Source: Candidatus Omnitrophota bacterium
GTDB lineage: Bacteria; Omnitrophota; Gorgyraeia; Zapsychrales; Zapsychraceae
DNA: 58,349 nucleotides
NCBI GenBank assembly: GCA_003522725.1
Contig: DPIG01000055.1
Coordinates: 1 to 58,349, forward strand
Direction: 5' to 3'
The notes under the pieces: model-generated
Databases searched by the model: none
What the model saw: only the letters and a program-made list of their open reading frames with translations
Told to the model about the DNA's origin: nothing
Shown here: one piece after another, positions 41,902-52,106 of the stretch
Numbering within the stretch: the stretch's first letter is position 1
How the letters are laid out: every line of letters begins with the position of its first letter
Program-made: the position numbers and the translations under genes

Positions 41902-42501
41902 CTAAAAATATTTGCGCTCCATGGCCAGCAAAGAAACCCTGTCCATGACCTGGTGGGCGATGTCCGTGTAGGACTGGTGTTTGGTAAAATGCAGGGGCGC
42001 GCCGAAGGTAACTGTGACCCGATGGCGCTTTAAAACCTTAGTGCCTGGAGGGAGAACTTTCTCGGAATCCTTAATGCAGGCAGGAATAACCGCCACGCCG
42101 GCTTTGGCCACGATAAAACCGATCCCCTCATGGATCTTTCTCTCCACTCCGGCACCTTGGCGGGTCCCTTCCGGAAAAAGAACGACCGGGGCGCCTTTTT
42201 TGAGCCGGCGCAACGTCTCGCGCATGGCCCGGAAATCCGCTCCCCCTCTTTTAATAGGGAAAGCGTCTACTCTATATAATAGATATCGCAGGAGTTTGTT
42301 ATAAAAAAGTGAGTCTTTGGCAACATAGCTGAGCCTGCGCCGGCTGGCAAGACCAAGGATAAACGGGTCCATATTGCTGATATGATTGCTGGCAATGATG
42401 AACCCTTGGCGGGCCGGAAGGTTCTCCCTCCCCACAACAGTGATGGGGTAAAAAAATACGCTTAAAATCCTAAGAAAAAAATAAGAAATATAATAGATCA
42501 T
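41902..42501 (-). CDS. plsC: 1-acyl-sn-glycerol-3-phosphate acyltransferase
   Basis: HX4D motif NHISNMDP and FPEGTR; N-terminal membrane anchor. Confidence 0.85.
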   Translation of the reverse strand: MIYYISYFFLRILSVFFYPITVVGRENLPARQGFIIASNHISNMDPFILGLASRRRLSYVAKDSLFYNKLLRYLLYRVDAFPIKRGGADFRAMRETLRRLKKGAPVVLFPEGTRQGAGVERKIHEGIGFIVAKAGVAVIPACIKDSEKVLPPGTKVLKRHRVTVTFGAPLHFTKHQSYTDIAHQVMDRVSLLAMERKYF

Positions 42502-42502
42502 G

Positions 42503-43921
42503 TTATTTCACTTGCAACAGTTCCTGGCCATATTTGATCAAGGCCTTGGCGCGCGCGGCGGTTTTCGCCTCCGAATAGGCACGCACCAGCGGTTCTGTTC
42601 CCGAAGGCCGCAACATCAACCAGCTCTCATCGGCGCAAGTTAATTTGATACCGTCGAAATCCTTGATCCCAACGACGGGTTGCCCCAGAAGCGTCGTCAT
42701 AGACCTGACCTTCCCGGCATCAAATCTTCCCTTACCTAATTCAAGGTCACAGCGCTCGTAATAATACCGCCCGAATTCTTTTTCCATATCGAGAAGGATC
42801 TTCCTGATGTTCTTCTTTTGATAAACCATCATCTCCAAAAGTAAGAGCCCGGCCAGGGTTCCGTCACGTTCCGGGATGAATCCCTGCACGCCCATCCCGC
42901 CGGCCTCTTCGCCGCCGGCAACGATGTTCCGGGAAACCATCAGATCCGAAATATATTTGAACCCGACCGGTGTTTCATAAAGCTTTACGCCGAGCTTCTT
43001 GGCGATATTATCGATCATCGTCGTCCCGCAAATAGTTTTGACGATCCCGCCGGTACGGCCGCGATTACGGATCAAATGTAACGCCAGAAGACCGAGGATC
43101 TTCTGGGGATGGATGAAATCCCCGCCATAGGCGACCGCCGCGATACGGTCGGCATCGCCATCGAGGACCAAACCCAAATCAAATTTCTCTTTCTTTACGC
43201 GCTGCAAAATGCCGGAAAGATATTCGACAACCGGCTCCGGCTTCCCGCCATCGAAATAAGGGTTGATGTCATCGCGCATCAAAGACAAACGGATGCTGGT
43301 CCCTTTAAGAATCTTCGCCATCAAGCCGTTGCCGCTGCCATGCATGGCATCGGTCAACACTTTGAATTTGGCCCTGCGGATGCGCTTAAGGTCAATATAC
43401 CCTTTGATAAATTTCAGGTAATCCACCTTGAAATCATATTTCTTGATCTTTCCCTCTCCAATCGCTTGATTAAAATCCATCGTCTGAACAGGGGTCTGAT
43501 AAAGGTAGCTCTCGACTTTGTTGGTGATCTCGGCCGGAGCGCCACCGCCTTTATCCGTCTTGATCTTCACACCGTTAAATTTGGCCGGATTATGGCTGGC
43601 CGTGATCATGATCCCCGCCACACTTTTGGTACGGATGACGCCGTAACTTAAAGCGGGAGTCGGGATCGGACTATTGGAAAGAAAGACATTGATCCCGTTT
43701 TGCGCAAGAACACAGCTAACCAACTTAGCATATTCTTCGGATAAAAACCGTGTGTCATAACCTACGGCGAGCGTTTTCACACCGGCCTGAAGATCGCGAT
43801 TGACCCATTCACTGACCGCTTGGGCAATGATCCGGACGTTCTCAAAGGTAAAATTATCGGAGATCACTCCTCTCCATCCATCGGTGCCGAATTTGATCTC
43901 GGTATTCTTGCTGTCTGCCAT
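42503..43921 (-). CDS. Phosphoglucomutase/phosphomannomutase (alpha-D-phosphohexomutase family)
   Basis: Active-site loop TASHNPAKFNG, metal site DGDADR, sugar loop GEEAGG. Confidence 0.88.
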   Translation of the reverse strand: MADSKNTEIKFGTDGWRGVISDNFTFENVRIIAQAVSEWVNRDLQAGVKTLAVGYDTRFLSEEYAKLVSCVLAQNGINVFLSNSPIPTPALSYGVIRTKSVAGIMITASHNPAKFNGVKIKTDKGGGAPAEITNKVESYLYQTPVQTMDFNQAIGEGKIKKYDFKVDYLKFIKGYIDLKRIRRAKFKVLTDAMHGSGNGLMAKILKGTSIRLSLMRDDINPYFDGGKPEPVVEYLSGILQRVKKEKFDLGLVLDGDADRIAAVAYGGDFIHPQKILGLLALHLIRNRGRTGGIVKTICGTTMIDNIAKKLGVKLYETPVGFKYISDLMVSRNIVAGGEEAGGMGVQGFIPERDGTLAGLLLLEMMVYQKKNIRKILLDMEKEFGRYYYERCDLELGKGRFDAGKVRSMTTLLGQPVVGIKDFDGIKLTCADESWLMLRPSGTEPLVRAYSEAKTAARAKALIKYGQELLQVK

Positions 43922-43938
43922 GTTGACTCCTCTTTTAA

Positions 43939-44520
43939 TTACGTTTTGTTCAGTCTATATAGCTTGTGCTTACGGATATATCGAAGGACATTTTCCGGTA
44001 TCAGGTGTTTGACCGTCTTGCCGGCGACCAGCCGGCGGCGGATATCGGACGAGGAAGTATGCACGCCCGGGATGATCATTGATTTGACCCGTATCTTCGA
44101 ACGGATCGTCTTGAACCCGGGACGATAGACGGCGACAAAGGATGCCATTTTAACAACTTCCCGGATATCCCGCCACGTGTGCAGTTTGACGATGTGATCA
44201 CTGCCAATGATAAAAAAAAGTTTCGTGCCGGGATAACGCCGGCGAAAATACCGGACCGTGTCCACACTGTAAGACTTGCCCCCTTTGGCGATCTCAAAGG
44301 AAGAAACCTCTAAATGACGGTTACCGCGCACCGCCAGACGCACCATGCGCAAACGATGTTCGGCAGCGATCAGGCCGCGTCCGCTTTTATGCGGCGGCAA
44401 ACAGGCTGGGACAAAAACAACCTTGTCTAAATTAAACTTTTCCAAAACCGCCTGGGCGATCATTAAATGCCCGATATGGATCGGGTTAAACGTGCCGCCT
44501 AAAATGCCTATGCGCTTCAT
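43939..44520 (-). CDS. nadD: Nicotinate-nucleotide adenylyltransferase
   Basis: GGTFNPIHIGH and SSSDIRRR motifs. Confidence 0.9.
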   Translation of the reverse strand: MKRIGILGGTFNPIHIGHLMIAQAVLEKFNLDKVVFVPACLPPHKSGRGLIAAEHRLRMVRLAVRGNRHLEVSSFEIAKGGKSYSVDTVRYFRRRYPGTKLFFIIGSDHIVKLHTWRDIREVVKMASFVAVYRPGFKTIRSKIRVKSMIIPGVHTSSSDIRRRLVAGKTVKHLIPENVLRYIRKHKLYRLNKT

Positions 44521-44537
44521 GGTGATGAGAGCACCCC

Positions 44538-45815
44538 TTACTTTCGTATCTGCCCTTTTCCGTAGACCTGATATTTATACGTTGTCAATCCCTCCAGGCC
44601 CATCGGCCCGCGGACATGCAGCTTGTCCGTGCTGATGCCGACCTCCGCGCCGAATCCGAACTCATAACCATCGGTAAACCGCGTGGAGGCGTTCGCATAA
44701 AGACAGGCGGAATCGACCGCTTTCAAGAACTGTCCGGCCTCTTTATTATCTTTCGTCACAATCGCGTCCGAATGATGTGATCCATAAGTATTGATATGTT
44801 CAATGGCATCTTGCAGGTTGTCCACAACTTTGACGGACAAGATCAGATCGAGGTATTCTTCCGTCCAATCTTTTTCCGTCGCCGGCTTGATTCCCGCACC
44901 GATGATGCGCCGTGTGCGCGGACAGCCACGGATCTCGACGCCCGCGGCGCGCAAATCACCGATCACCGGCGGTAAAAACCGTTCGGCAACTTTGCGATTA
45001 ACCAGCATTGTTTCCATCGCGTTACACACCCCCGGCCGCTGCACCTTGGCGTTAAAACAGACCGAGCGTGCCATATCGATATCGGCCTTGTCGCTCACAT
45101 AGGTGTGACAAACTCCTTTATAATGCTTGACGACCGGGATGCGGGAATGCTCGGCGACAAAACGAATGAGCCCTTCCCCTCCGCGGGGAACGATCAAATC
45201 GACATACCGGGTCTGGCGCAAAAGAATGTTCACGGCCTGACGGTCCGTTGAAGCGACGAGCTGGACGGCCTCCACAGGCACCTTGGTGTTCTTTAACGCG
45301 CTCTTGAGCACGGAAAAAATAGCGTGATTGGAATAAAAGGCCTCTTTGCCGCCTTTTAAAATGACGGCATTACCTGACTTCAGGCACAACCCGATGCAAT
45401 CACTGGTGACATTGGGTCTGGACTCATAAATGATCCCGATGACGCCAAAAGGAACGCGTACCTTCTTAATGACCAAACCGTTAGGCCGCTTCCATGTGTT
45501 TAAAATCTCTCCGACCGGATCTTTGAGCTTCGCCGTATCGAGCAGGCATTGCGCCATCCCCTTGATCCTTTTGATGTCGAGGGTCAACCGGTCAATGAGG
45601 GCCTTGGAATAATTATGTTTTTGCGCCGCATTCAAATCTTTCCGGTTCTCCTTCATTAAATAAGCCTTGCGCTGAACCAGCGCTTTTGCCATCGCGTGTA
45701 AAGCGATATTTTTCGCGGAAGTCGACAACAAAGACAACTCCATCGAAGCGGCTTTGGCCTTGGCAGCCATTCGAACGATCGCGTTATTGGAAGATTGATT
45801 GCGCATGGATTCCAT
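44538..45815 (-). CDS. proA: Gamma-glutamyl phosphate reductase
   Basis: ALDH-fold with the catalytic Cys block RPGVCNAMETMLV. ATG 45815 lies 2 nt after the proB stop; an alternative GTG lies at 45830. Confidence 0.92.
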   Translation of the reverse strand: MESMRNQSSNNAIVRMAAKAKAASMELSLLSTSAKNIALHAMAKALVQRKAYLMKENRKDLNAAQKHNYSKALIDRLTLDIKRIKGMAQCLLDTAKLKDPVGEILNTWKRPNGLVIKKVRVPFGVIGIIYESRPNVTSDCIGLCLKSGNAVILKGGKEAFYSNHAIFSVLKSALKNTKVPVEAVQLVASTDRQAVNILLRQTRYVDLIVPRGGEGLIRFVAEHSRIPVVKHYKGVCHTYVSDKADIDMARSVCFNAKVQRPGVCNAMETMLVNRKVAERFLPPVIGDLRAAGVEIRGCPRTRRIIGAGIKPATEKDWTEEYLDLILSVKVVDNLQDAIEHINTYGSHHSDAIVTKDNKEAGQFLKAVDSACLYANASTRFTDGYEFGFGAEVGISTDKLHVRGPMGLEGLTTYKYQVYGKGQIRK

Positions 45816-45817
45816 GA

Positions 45818-46906
45818 CTATCTCTGACACAATACAAGGTTATCGCAATGGATGACTTCCAGTTTACCCTTTTTTTCTTCGATCTTCGCCAGGTCAGTGG
45901 TGGAATAATTAATGAGCCCGCGCGCGATCTCTTGACCATTTTTATCGGAAACGACCACCACGTCATCCGCGCTGAAATTCCCTTTCCAGAAAACAATGCC
46001 GGGCAATAACAGGCTGCGCCCGCCTTTCAAGAGCGCCTCCCGGGCACCGTCATCAACCGTCAAAACCCCCTTCGGTTGAGCGCCGAAAGAAATCCAATGA
46101 CTCTTGGCCAGACGCTTGCCTTCTTTCCCAACGAAAAATGTACCAATGCGTTCTCCTTTTAGAACACGTAACAGAACATTCACGCTTTCGCCATTTGCGA
46201 TAATACAGGGGATATTGGCATGGGTAGCCATTTTGATCGCCTGCAATTTGGCCGTCATGCCACCCCGGGACATATGTTTTTTATCCGTTCCTCCGGCGAC
46301 ACTTTCGATATCCCCGGTGATCTCCCGTATTTCCTGAAACAACTCCTTCTTGCCGTCCTTGAAATTAAACAGCCCCTCGACATCCGATAAAATCAGGAGC
46401 AAATCTGCCTGGACCAAACACGCGACCAGGGCGGATAATTTATCGTTATCGCCGAATTTGATCTCATCGGTGGCGATGGTATCGTTTTCATTGACGACTG
46501 GCACCACGTGCCGTTGCAGGATCGCCTGAAAAGTATTGCGCGCGTTATTGTAACGCGTACGGCTGTTAAAATCCTCCCACGTCAGCAAAACCTGGGCGCA
46601 CCTGGCTTTATTTTCTTTGAATAAATGGATGTATTTGTTCATGAGCGCGGCTTGGCCGATGGCGGCCAACGCCTGCAGCGAAGCCAGATCCGTTGGACGT
46701 TTCTTCTGCCCCAATTCGCCCATCCCCAAAACAATGGCTCCGGAACTGACCAAGACCACTTCAATGCCGGCACGCTGGACAGAAGCGATTTGCGCGGCCA
46801 GAGACCTCAAATGCGCCATCCGCGGCTTCATGGCGTACGTGGCGATGACGCTGGAACCGACTTTGATAACGATACGTTTGACAGGTCTTGGAAATTTTCT
46901 TAGCAT
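45818..46906 (-). CDS. proB: Glutamate 5-kinase (with C-terminal PUA domain)
   Basis: IVIKVGSSVIA amino-acid-kinase N-terminus. The 362-aa length fits kinase plus PUA. Confidence 0.92.
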   Translation of the reverse strand: MLRKFPRPVKRIVIKVGSSVIATYAMKPRMAHLRSLAAQIASVQRAGIEVVLVSSGAIVLGMGELGQKKRPTDLASLQALAAIGQAALMNKYIHLFKENKARCAQVLLTWEDFNSRTRYNNARNTFQAILQRHVVPVVNENDTIATDEIKFGDNDKLSALVACLVQADLLLILSDVEGLFNFKDGKKELFQEIREITGDIESVAGGTDKKHMSRGGMTAKLQAIKMATHANIPCIIANGESVNVLLRVLKGERIGTFFVGKEGKRLAKSHWISFGAQPKGVLTVDDGAREALLKGGRSLLLPGIVFWKGNFSADDVVVVSDKNGQEIARGLINYSTTDLAKIEEKKGKLEVIHCDNLVLCQR

Positions 46907-47877
46907 AAAATTTCCTGTAGCCGCTTGATGAGCGGCTCAAAACCTTCTTTGTTCAGGCTGGAGATCGCGAAAACTTTTTCCTTTTTATATTTCTTCTTGA
47001 ACCTTTTAAGATGCTCAGCGGCCTGGGGCAAATCTATTTTATTGGCCACGACGATCTTGTATTTGGCGATCAACTGATCGCTGTATTCCCTCAATTCATG
47101 TTCCAGCTTCGCGTAATCATCGAGAGGATCACGCCCTTCGGTGCCGGCCATATCGATCATATGAAGCAAAATTTTGGTACGTTCGGCGTGCCGTAAAAAG
47201 CGGTCTCCCAGACCCTTGCCCTGATGGGCGCCCTCAATGATGCCAGGCAAATCCGCAACAGTGAAATCTTTTCCTTTTGAGTCATCTTCAGCGGCGCGGA
47301 CGATTCCAAGAATCGGCTGTTTGGTCGTGAACGGATAGCTGGCGACTTTCGATTTGGCGTTTGAGATCCCGGTGATAAACGTGGATTTCCCCGCATTGGG
47401 AAAACCGATGATCCCCACATCGGCGATCAACTTCAATTCCAGATCGAGAACGCGTTCTTCGCCGACGCCGGGCTGCGTGATCGTTTTACGGGCCTCGTTG
47501 CCCAATCCACCGGGCGCGCCTCGCGCGACGACGACGGATTGTTTGTCCTCGACCAAATCACGGATCACCAAACCCGTCGCGTGATCCCTCAGGATCGTTC
47601 CTACGGGCACGCGGATAACGCAATCGGCGCCTTCTTTACCGCTTTTTCCCTTGCTGCTGGCATTCCCGCCTTTAGCGGCGCGGTAATGCTGTTTGTATTT
47701 AAGGTCCAAAAGCGTCTGGACACCGCGGTCGGTGATAATAACGACGTCGCCTCCCTTGCCGCCGTTTCCGCCATCGGGCCGGGGATACCGCATCCATCTG
47801 TCCCGGTAATAACTTTCACACCCCTGCCCGCCGTCGCCGGACTTGACACGTATCCTTGCTTCATCGACGAATGTCAT
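46900..47877 (-). CDS. obg: GTPase Obg/CgtA
   Basis: Obg-fold glycine repeats GDGGQGC, GGNGGKGGDV; G1 GFPNAGKST; G3 DLPGIIEGA. ATG 47877 (MTFVDEA) is preferred; the ORF-track start 47898 is TTG. Confidence 0.93.
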   Translation of the reverse strand: MTFVDEARIRVKSGDGGQGCESYYRDRWMRYPRPDGGNGGKGGDVVIITDRGVQTLLDLKYKQHYRAAKGGNASSKGKSGKEGADCVIRVPVGTILRDHATGLVIRDLVEDKQSVVVARGAPGGLGNEARKTITQPGVGEERVLDLELKLIADVGIIGFPNAGKSTFITGISNAKSKVASYPFTTKQPILGIVRAAEDDSKGKDFTVADLPGIIEGAHQGKGLGDRFLRHAERTKILLHMIDMAGTEGRDPLDDYAKLEHELREYSDQLIAKYKIVVANKIDLPQAAEHLKRFKKKYKKEKVFAISSLNKEGFEPLIKRLQEILC

Positions 47878-47887
47878 CACAGCTGTT

Positions 47888-48199
47888 TTACCCGGCAATC
47901 TTCGTAATATTGAGGACCGTCAATTTTTGACGGTGCCCGCGAAGCGTCGCGGAATCTTTCCGGCGGCGAAATTTAAACGCCAACACCTTGCTGCCCGCGA
48001 CATGGCTTTGGACTTTGGCCGTGACCTTGACATCACTCAGGAAAGGCTGGCCTACGCGGACTTCGGAATCATTGGCGAACACAAGCACCTGGTCCAGAGT
48101 TATCTGGCTGCCCTCGTCATCTTTAAGACGGTTCGTGCGGATAACATCGCCTTCGGAAATCTTGTACTGGGAACCACCGATCTGAACTACGGCATACAT
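47888..48199 (-). CDS. rplU: 50S ribosomal protein L21
   Basis: MYAVVQIGGSQYKISEGD; GGAGG SD. Confidence 0.96.
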   Translation of the reverse strand: MYAVVQIGGSQYKISEGDVIRTNRLKDDEGSQITLDQVLVFANDSEVRVGQPFLSDVKVTAKVQSHVAGSKVLAFKFRRRKDSATLRGHRQKLTVLNITKIAG

Positions 48200-48256
48200 G
48201 AGAAACCTCCTTCTAGGAATATAAATCGTTAGAATAATATTGATAATCGGGGAAAA

Positions 48257-48285
48257 ATTATACTATAAAATAGCTAAAATTAGAA
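48257..48285 (-). promoter_or_regulatory. Candidate sigma70-type promoter for rplU-obg-proBA
   Basis: Minus strand reads TTCTAA -17 nt- TATAAT; the leader to ATG 48199 is about 50 nt. The -35 is weak. Confidence 0.35.
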
Positions 48286-48330
48286 GAGAGTCTTTTGAGG
48301 CTGTGGCTACAGGCACTTTCACCGTGTTAA

Positions 48331-48358
48331 GCAGGGATCGGACATGTCCGTTCCCTGC
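48331..48358 (-). other. Stem-loop immediately 3' of the rng stop codon
   Basis: GCAGGGA/TCCCTGC plus an inner TCGGAC/GTCCGT (5 of 6 paired). There is no U-tract afterwards, so it is not a classical terminator. Confidence 0.4.
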
Positions 48359-48359
48359 T

Positions 48360-49700
48360 CTAAGCTATTTTAACCCTCCCGCGACCGTCACAGAACGGAC
48401 ACGGCCCAAATGAAATCGATTCGATGGTCTTGCCTGTCCTGGCCCTGGTCATCTCCACAAGCCCCAACGGGGATATCTTGTTGACCTCCGTCTTGGCCGG
48501 ATCCTTTGATAGTTCGCGCTGCAGCGTCTCCAAGATTTTGCGTTTATGGTCTTCCCGGGTCATGTCGATAAAATCAATGACAATAATGCCCCCCAGATCG
48601 CGCAAACGCAGCTGCCGCGCGATCTCCGGAACCACCTCCATGTTGACCATGAACGCGGCATCTTCGGGAGAGGCGCGGGTCTTGAATTTTCCGCTATTGA
48701 CATCCACGACGGTCAGACCTTCCGTCGGTTCAATGACGATGTAGGCTCCCGACTTGCAATACACGTCCGTGTCGTATATTTTCTGCAATTCTTTGGAAAC
48801 ATTGCGGGCGTCGAAGAGCGGCACATGGCCGTTGTAATGGTGGATCTTGTTGACCATGTGGCGGCCGATGAGCGTCTGAACGAATTTGCGGATACGATGG
48901 TACTCCTCCTGATTGTCAATAACCAGTTTATCGACCTCTTCGTTAAGATAATCACGCACGATCCGCCAGGTCAACTCACCCTCCTCATAAATCAGGGCAG
49001 GCGCCTTTTCGACTTGTGATTTCTTATGGATTTTCAGCCAAATACTATACAAAAATCGCGCATCCCGGATCAGTTCTCCTTTATCCTGCTTGGAAGAAGC
49101 GGTCCGGATAATGAATCCGCCGACCTTGGCAAAGGCGAATCCCTTAACGACCTCCCGCAACCTTTGGCGTTCCTGAACATTCTCAATCTTTTTGGAAACG
49201 CCGGTTTGTTTGTCATACGGCATATAAACAACAAAGCGTCCCGGCAACGTCAAATGGGTCGTGAGGCGCGCGCCTTTTTCCCCGAAAGGATCTTTCACGA
49301 CCTGCACTAAAATTTCCTGTCCGACTTTGAGCTGGGGGTGTTCTTCACGACGATGATGGTGATAATGGCGGCCCTTAGGGTCTTTTTTCTCCTGCCCGTC
49401 TTCCTTGTCCTTGGGCTTCTTGAACATCTTATTGAAGAATTTTCGGGGGGCGGAGAGGTCCTCGTCCGTAACCGGCGTGACGACGTCGGTCAGGTACAAA
49501 AAACCGTTGCGTTGCTGTCCGATGTTGACAAAGGCGGCGTTGATCGACGGCAAAATCGATTCGACGCGCCCTTTATAGATATTTCCTAGAAGGGACTGGT
49601 AGCGGTCAACTTCGATATGAAAATCATCCACGCGGCCATTTTCGAGAATCGCAACAAGACGCTCTCCTTTTTGTGTTTGAATAAGGATTTCTTTAGACAA
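48360..49700 (-). CDS. rng: Ribonuclease G/E family endoribonuclease
   Basis: S1 domain GNIYKGRVESILPSINAAFVNIG, catalytic core GGIIVIDFIDM, Zn-link CPFCDGRG. TTG start at 49700, 4 nt after a GAGGTGA SD. Confidence 0.88.
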   Translation of the reverse strand: MSKEILIQTQKGERLVAILENGRVDDFHIEVDRYQSLLGNIYKGRVESILPSINAAFVNIGQQRNGFLYLTDVVTPVTDEDLSAPRKFFNKMFKKPKDKEDGQEKKDPKGRHYHHHRREEHPQLKVGQEILVQVVKDPFGEKGARLTTHLTLPGRFVVYMPYDKQTGVSKKIENVQERQRLREVVKGFAFAKVGGFIIRTASSKQDKGELIRDARFLYSIWLKIHKKSQVEKAPALIYEEGELTWRIVRDYLNEEVDKLVIDNQEEYHRIRKFVQTLIGRHMVNKIHHYNGHVPLFDARNVSKELQKIYDTDVYCKSGAYIVIEPTEGLTVVDVNSGKFKTRASPEDAAFMVNMEVVPEIARQLRLRDLGGIIVIDFIDMTREDHKRKILETLQRELSKDPAKTEVNKISPLGLVEMTRARTGKTIESISFGPCPFCDGRGRVKIA

Positions 49701-49781
49701 TCTATCACCTCAAATTTTTCTCTGGTTACATTCTTTCTCTTCATTGAATTCATGCTTTCTCGATAATCCGCCATTTTTCTT

Positions 49782-51155
49782 TTACCCGGCAGGGGCAAAT
49801 TCCGGCGTGATGATATGCGGCGTTATAAAAATCATCAAATCCGTTTTCGTATTTGTCTTCTCCGACTTCTGAAATATCAAACCAAAAATGGGGACATCTC
49901 CCAATAAAGGCAGCTTCTTTTTCGTGTCGGTAAGCTGGTCTTTAACCAACCCGGCAATGACCAGGGTCTCTCCGTCTTTAACCATCACCCGCGTCTTGGT
50001 CGATTCGTTGCTCAATTGCGGCAGGGAAGTATTCTCCACAACGACCGTCCCGATGATGGCCGTAACTTTAGGCTGCACGTCGATGGTGACAAAACCGGCA
50101 TTATTCACGTGTGGAGTCACGTCAAAGATGATCCCGATATCTTTATATTCCCATCCAGACACCTGTAGCCGCGCTTGTTCCTCGTTATAGGTATACTGCG
50201 GAATGGGGTACTGGGTCCCCACCATGATCTGGGCGGCCTGATTATCCAGGGTCACGATCCTGGGGTTTGAAAGGATATTTGTGTCGGTCCGCTGTTTGAG
50301 CATCTCAAAAATGGCCTGGACTTGAGTGAAATTAAGAGTCCCGTAAGTGAACTCCGCGTTCGCCGAACCCAGCGTGGTATCCGCCCCGGGGAAAGAATCG
50401 GGCGTATACTTGCTGGCCGATGTGGTCGTAAAAGGAAACGTGATCGGCCGTTCCGCGCCCGCAACACTTACTTGCGAGATCCAGTCGATCCCGAGATTTT
50501 CCTCATTGTCAAAACTCGTTTCAACAATTTTGGCCTCGATCAACACCTGCGGTGTGGTGCGATCCAATTTCCCGATGACCCCTTCCATCAAGTCAATACG
50601 CTTGGCAATATCGGTGATGATCAGGGTGTTGGTGCGCTCATCATAATTAACACTGCCCCGCTCGGAGCGCATTTTCTCAATGGAAGCGATAATCTCCGAA
50701 GCCCTTCCAAAGTTAAGGACAAAAGTCTTTGTCTCCAGCGGTTCCTGTTCGGCCAAGGTAATCGCGTTTTCCCGGCGCTGCTTAAGGTTTTCCACCGTGG
50801 TGGCGGTAATAATATTCCCTTTTTGCTCGTAGGCATACCCGTAAGTTTCCAGGACGACTTCCAGCGCCTGTTTCCAGGGCACGTCATTGAGCTGGATCGT
50901 GACCAGGCCGGTCACTTCAGGCCCAACGACGATATTCACGCCGCTTTTATAAGAAAGTATCTTCAGGACGTTGGAAATATCGGCATCGCGAAAATCCAGG
51001 CTGACATTGCTTTGATGGGCATCGGCAGTTTTTCCCTCAATGGTCTGCGGATTATTCGCAACCGGGGCATCCTGCGGCTCACCTTGCGCATACACATTTC
51101 CTGCCAGAAGAGCGAACATGCACAACAGCACAACCCTCCTTTTCGAAATCATCAT
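49782..51155 (-). CDS. pilQ: Type IV pilus secretin PilQ
   Basis: Signal peptide; N-domains; secretin C-domain ending LPLLGDVPIFGLIFQ...DLMIFITPHI. Confidence 0.9.
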   Translation of the reverse strand: MMISKRRVVLLCMFALLAGNVYAQGEPQDAPVANNPQTIEGKTADAHQSNVSLDFRDADISNVLKILSYKSGVNIVVGPEVTGLVTIQLNDVPWKQALEVVLETYGYAYEQKGNIITATTVENLKQRRENAITLAEQEPLETKTFVLNFGRASEIIASIEKMRSERGSVNYDERTNTLIITDIAKRIDLMEGVIGKLDRTTPQVLIEAKIVETSFDNEENLGIDWISQVSVAGAERPITFPFTTTSASKYTPDSFPGADTTLGSANAEFTYGTLNFTQVQAIFEMLKQRTDTNILSNPRIVTLDNQAAQIMVGTQYPIPQYTYNEEQARLQVSGWEYKDIGIIFDVTPHVNNAGFVTIDVQPKVTAIIGTVVVENTSLPQLSNESTKTRVMVKDGETLVIAGLVKDQLTDTKKKLPLLGDVPIFGLIFQKSEKTNTKTDLMIFITPHIITPEFAPAG

Positions 51156-51156
51156 T

Positions 51157-51519
51157 CTACTCCTCCTTGTTAAGTTTCAATTCGAATGTTTGCTCACCCT
51201 GCTTAAGGATGACCATATTTTTCCCAATTTCCGCAATCGCAAGTGATCCCAGCAGATCGCCTTTCTTGACGATCTGTCCGTTGATGACGGCCAAATTTTG
51301 TCCATTGACCCCAAGAATAATCCCTTCGATCTTCAAATCGCCAGCCTGGAATTCCTTGTCATAATTGATGATGCTCCCCGTTGAGCTGACCAACGGCCAG
51401 ACAGGGTCTCTTTTCCCATGGTCGTCATACACAAAAGCGTCTTGCCCGGCCCAGGCGCAGAACAAGGCGGTCCCCAAAACCAACAAACAGCTCATCCAGG
51501 CGATTTGCGATTTTTTCAT
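51157..51519 (-). CDS. Small exported pilus assembly protein in the PilP position
   Basis: 120 aa; signal/anchor MKKSQIAWMSCLLVLGTALFCAWA. The beta-rich C-terminus (LKIEGIILGVNGQNLAVINGQIVKKGD) resembles the PilP/GspC HR domain. It sits between pilO and pilQ with tight spacing. Confidence 0.55.
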   Translation of the reverse strand: MKKSQIAWMSCLLVLGTALFCAWAGQDAFVYDDHGKRDPVWPLVSSTGSIINYDKEFQAGDLKIEGIILGVNGQNLAVINGQIVKKGDLLGSLAIAEIGKNMVILKQGEQTFELKLNKEE

Positions 51520-52106
51520 GGATTTTTTTCCTCAAATACGATAGTCTGCAGATTCATCTTAAGCGCGTGCGTGCGCGCATCTTCCCCGGCGATGATCGAG
51601 AACGATGTCACATACAAAAACAAATCATTTTCTTCCAGCTGATTAAGGAACCGCCCGAAATCATGATACCCGCTTTTTGCCTGGACCAGGATCGGCAACG
51701 CGTAATAGGATCGCTTCTTATCTTCCAAAAGCACCTTCTGCTCTTCAATAAAAGGCATGATTTGATCGATCCTGATATTATTCTGGTTTGCCAGACGCGA
51801 AATTTGCTCCAGGATAATGGACACTTCTTCTTTGGACTTGATCTTTTGGCTGGTCTGTGCCAACTGGCTCTCCAGGCGCTTGACTTCAGTCTGATAAAAA
51901 TCTAACTTCCCAATATCCTCCCGGGCTTTTTCGATGTCTTGTGAAAGGAGTTTGATTTCCGGGTTGATCTTTGTCAAAGTGACCAGTTGCGGGCGCATAA
52001 GGATGAAATAATCCAAAAGAAAAATAAACAAAAGCGCCCCGATCAAAAAATAATGCCGGTTCTTTTCATCAATTTTGCTGATAAGTTCAGAAATCTTTAG
52101 CTTCAT
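51516..52106 (-). CDS. pilO: Type IV pilus assembly protein PilO
   Basis: 196 aa; one TM (YFLIGALLFIFLLDYFIL), then a coiled coil and a ferredoxin-like domain. Its 4-nt overlaps with the neighbouring genes fit the pilMNOPQ order. Confidence 0.7.
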   Translation of the reverse strand: MKLKISELISKIDEKNRHYFLIGALLFIFLLDYFILMRPQLVTLTKINPEIKLLSQDIEKAREDIGKLDFYQTEVKRLESQLAQTSQKIKSKEEVSIILEQISRLANQNNIRIDQIMPFIEEQKVLLEDKKRSYYALPILVQAKSGYHDFGRFLNQLEENDLFLYVTSFSIIAGEDARTHALKMNLQTIVFEEKNP

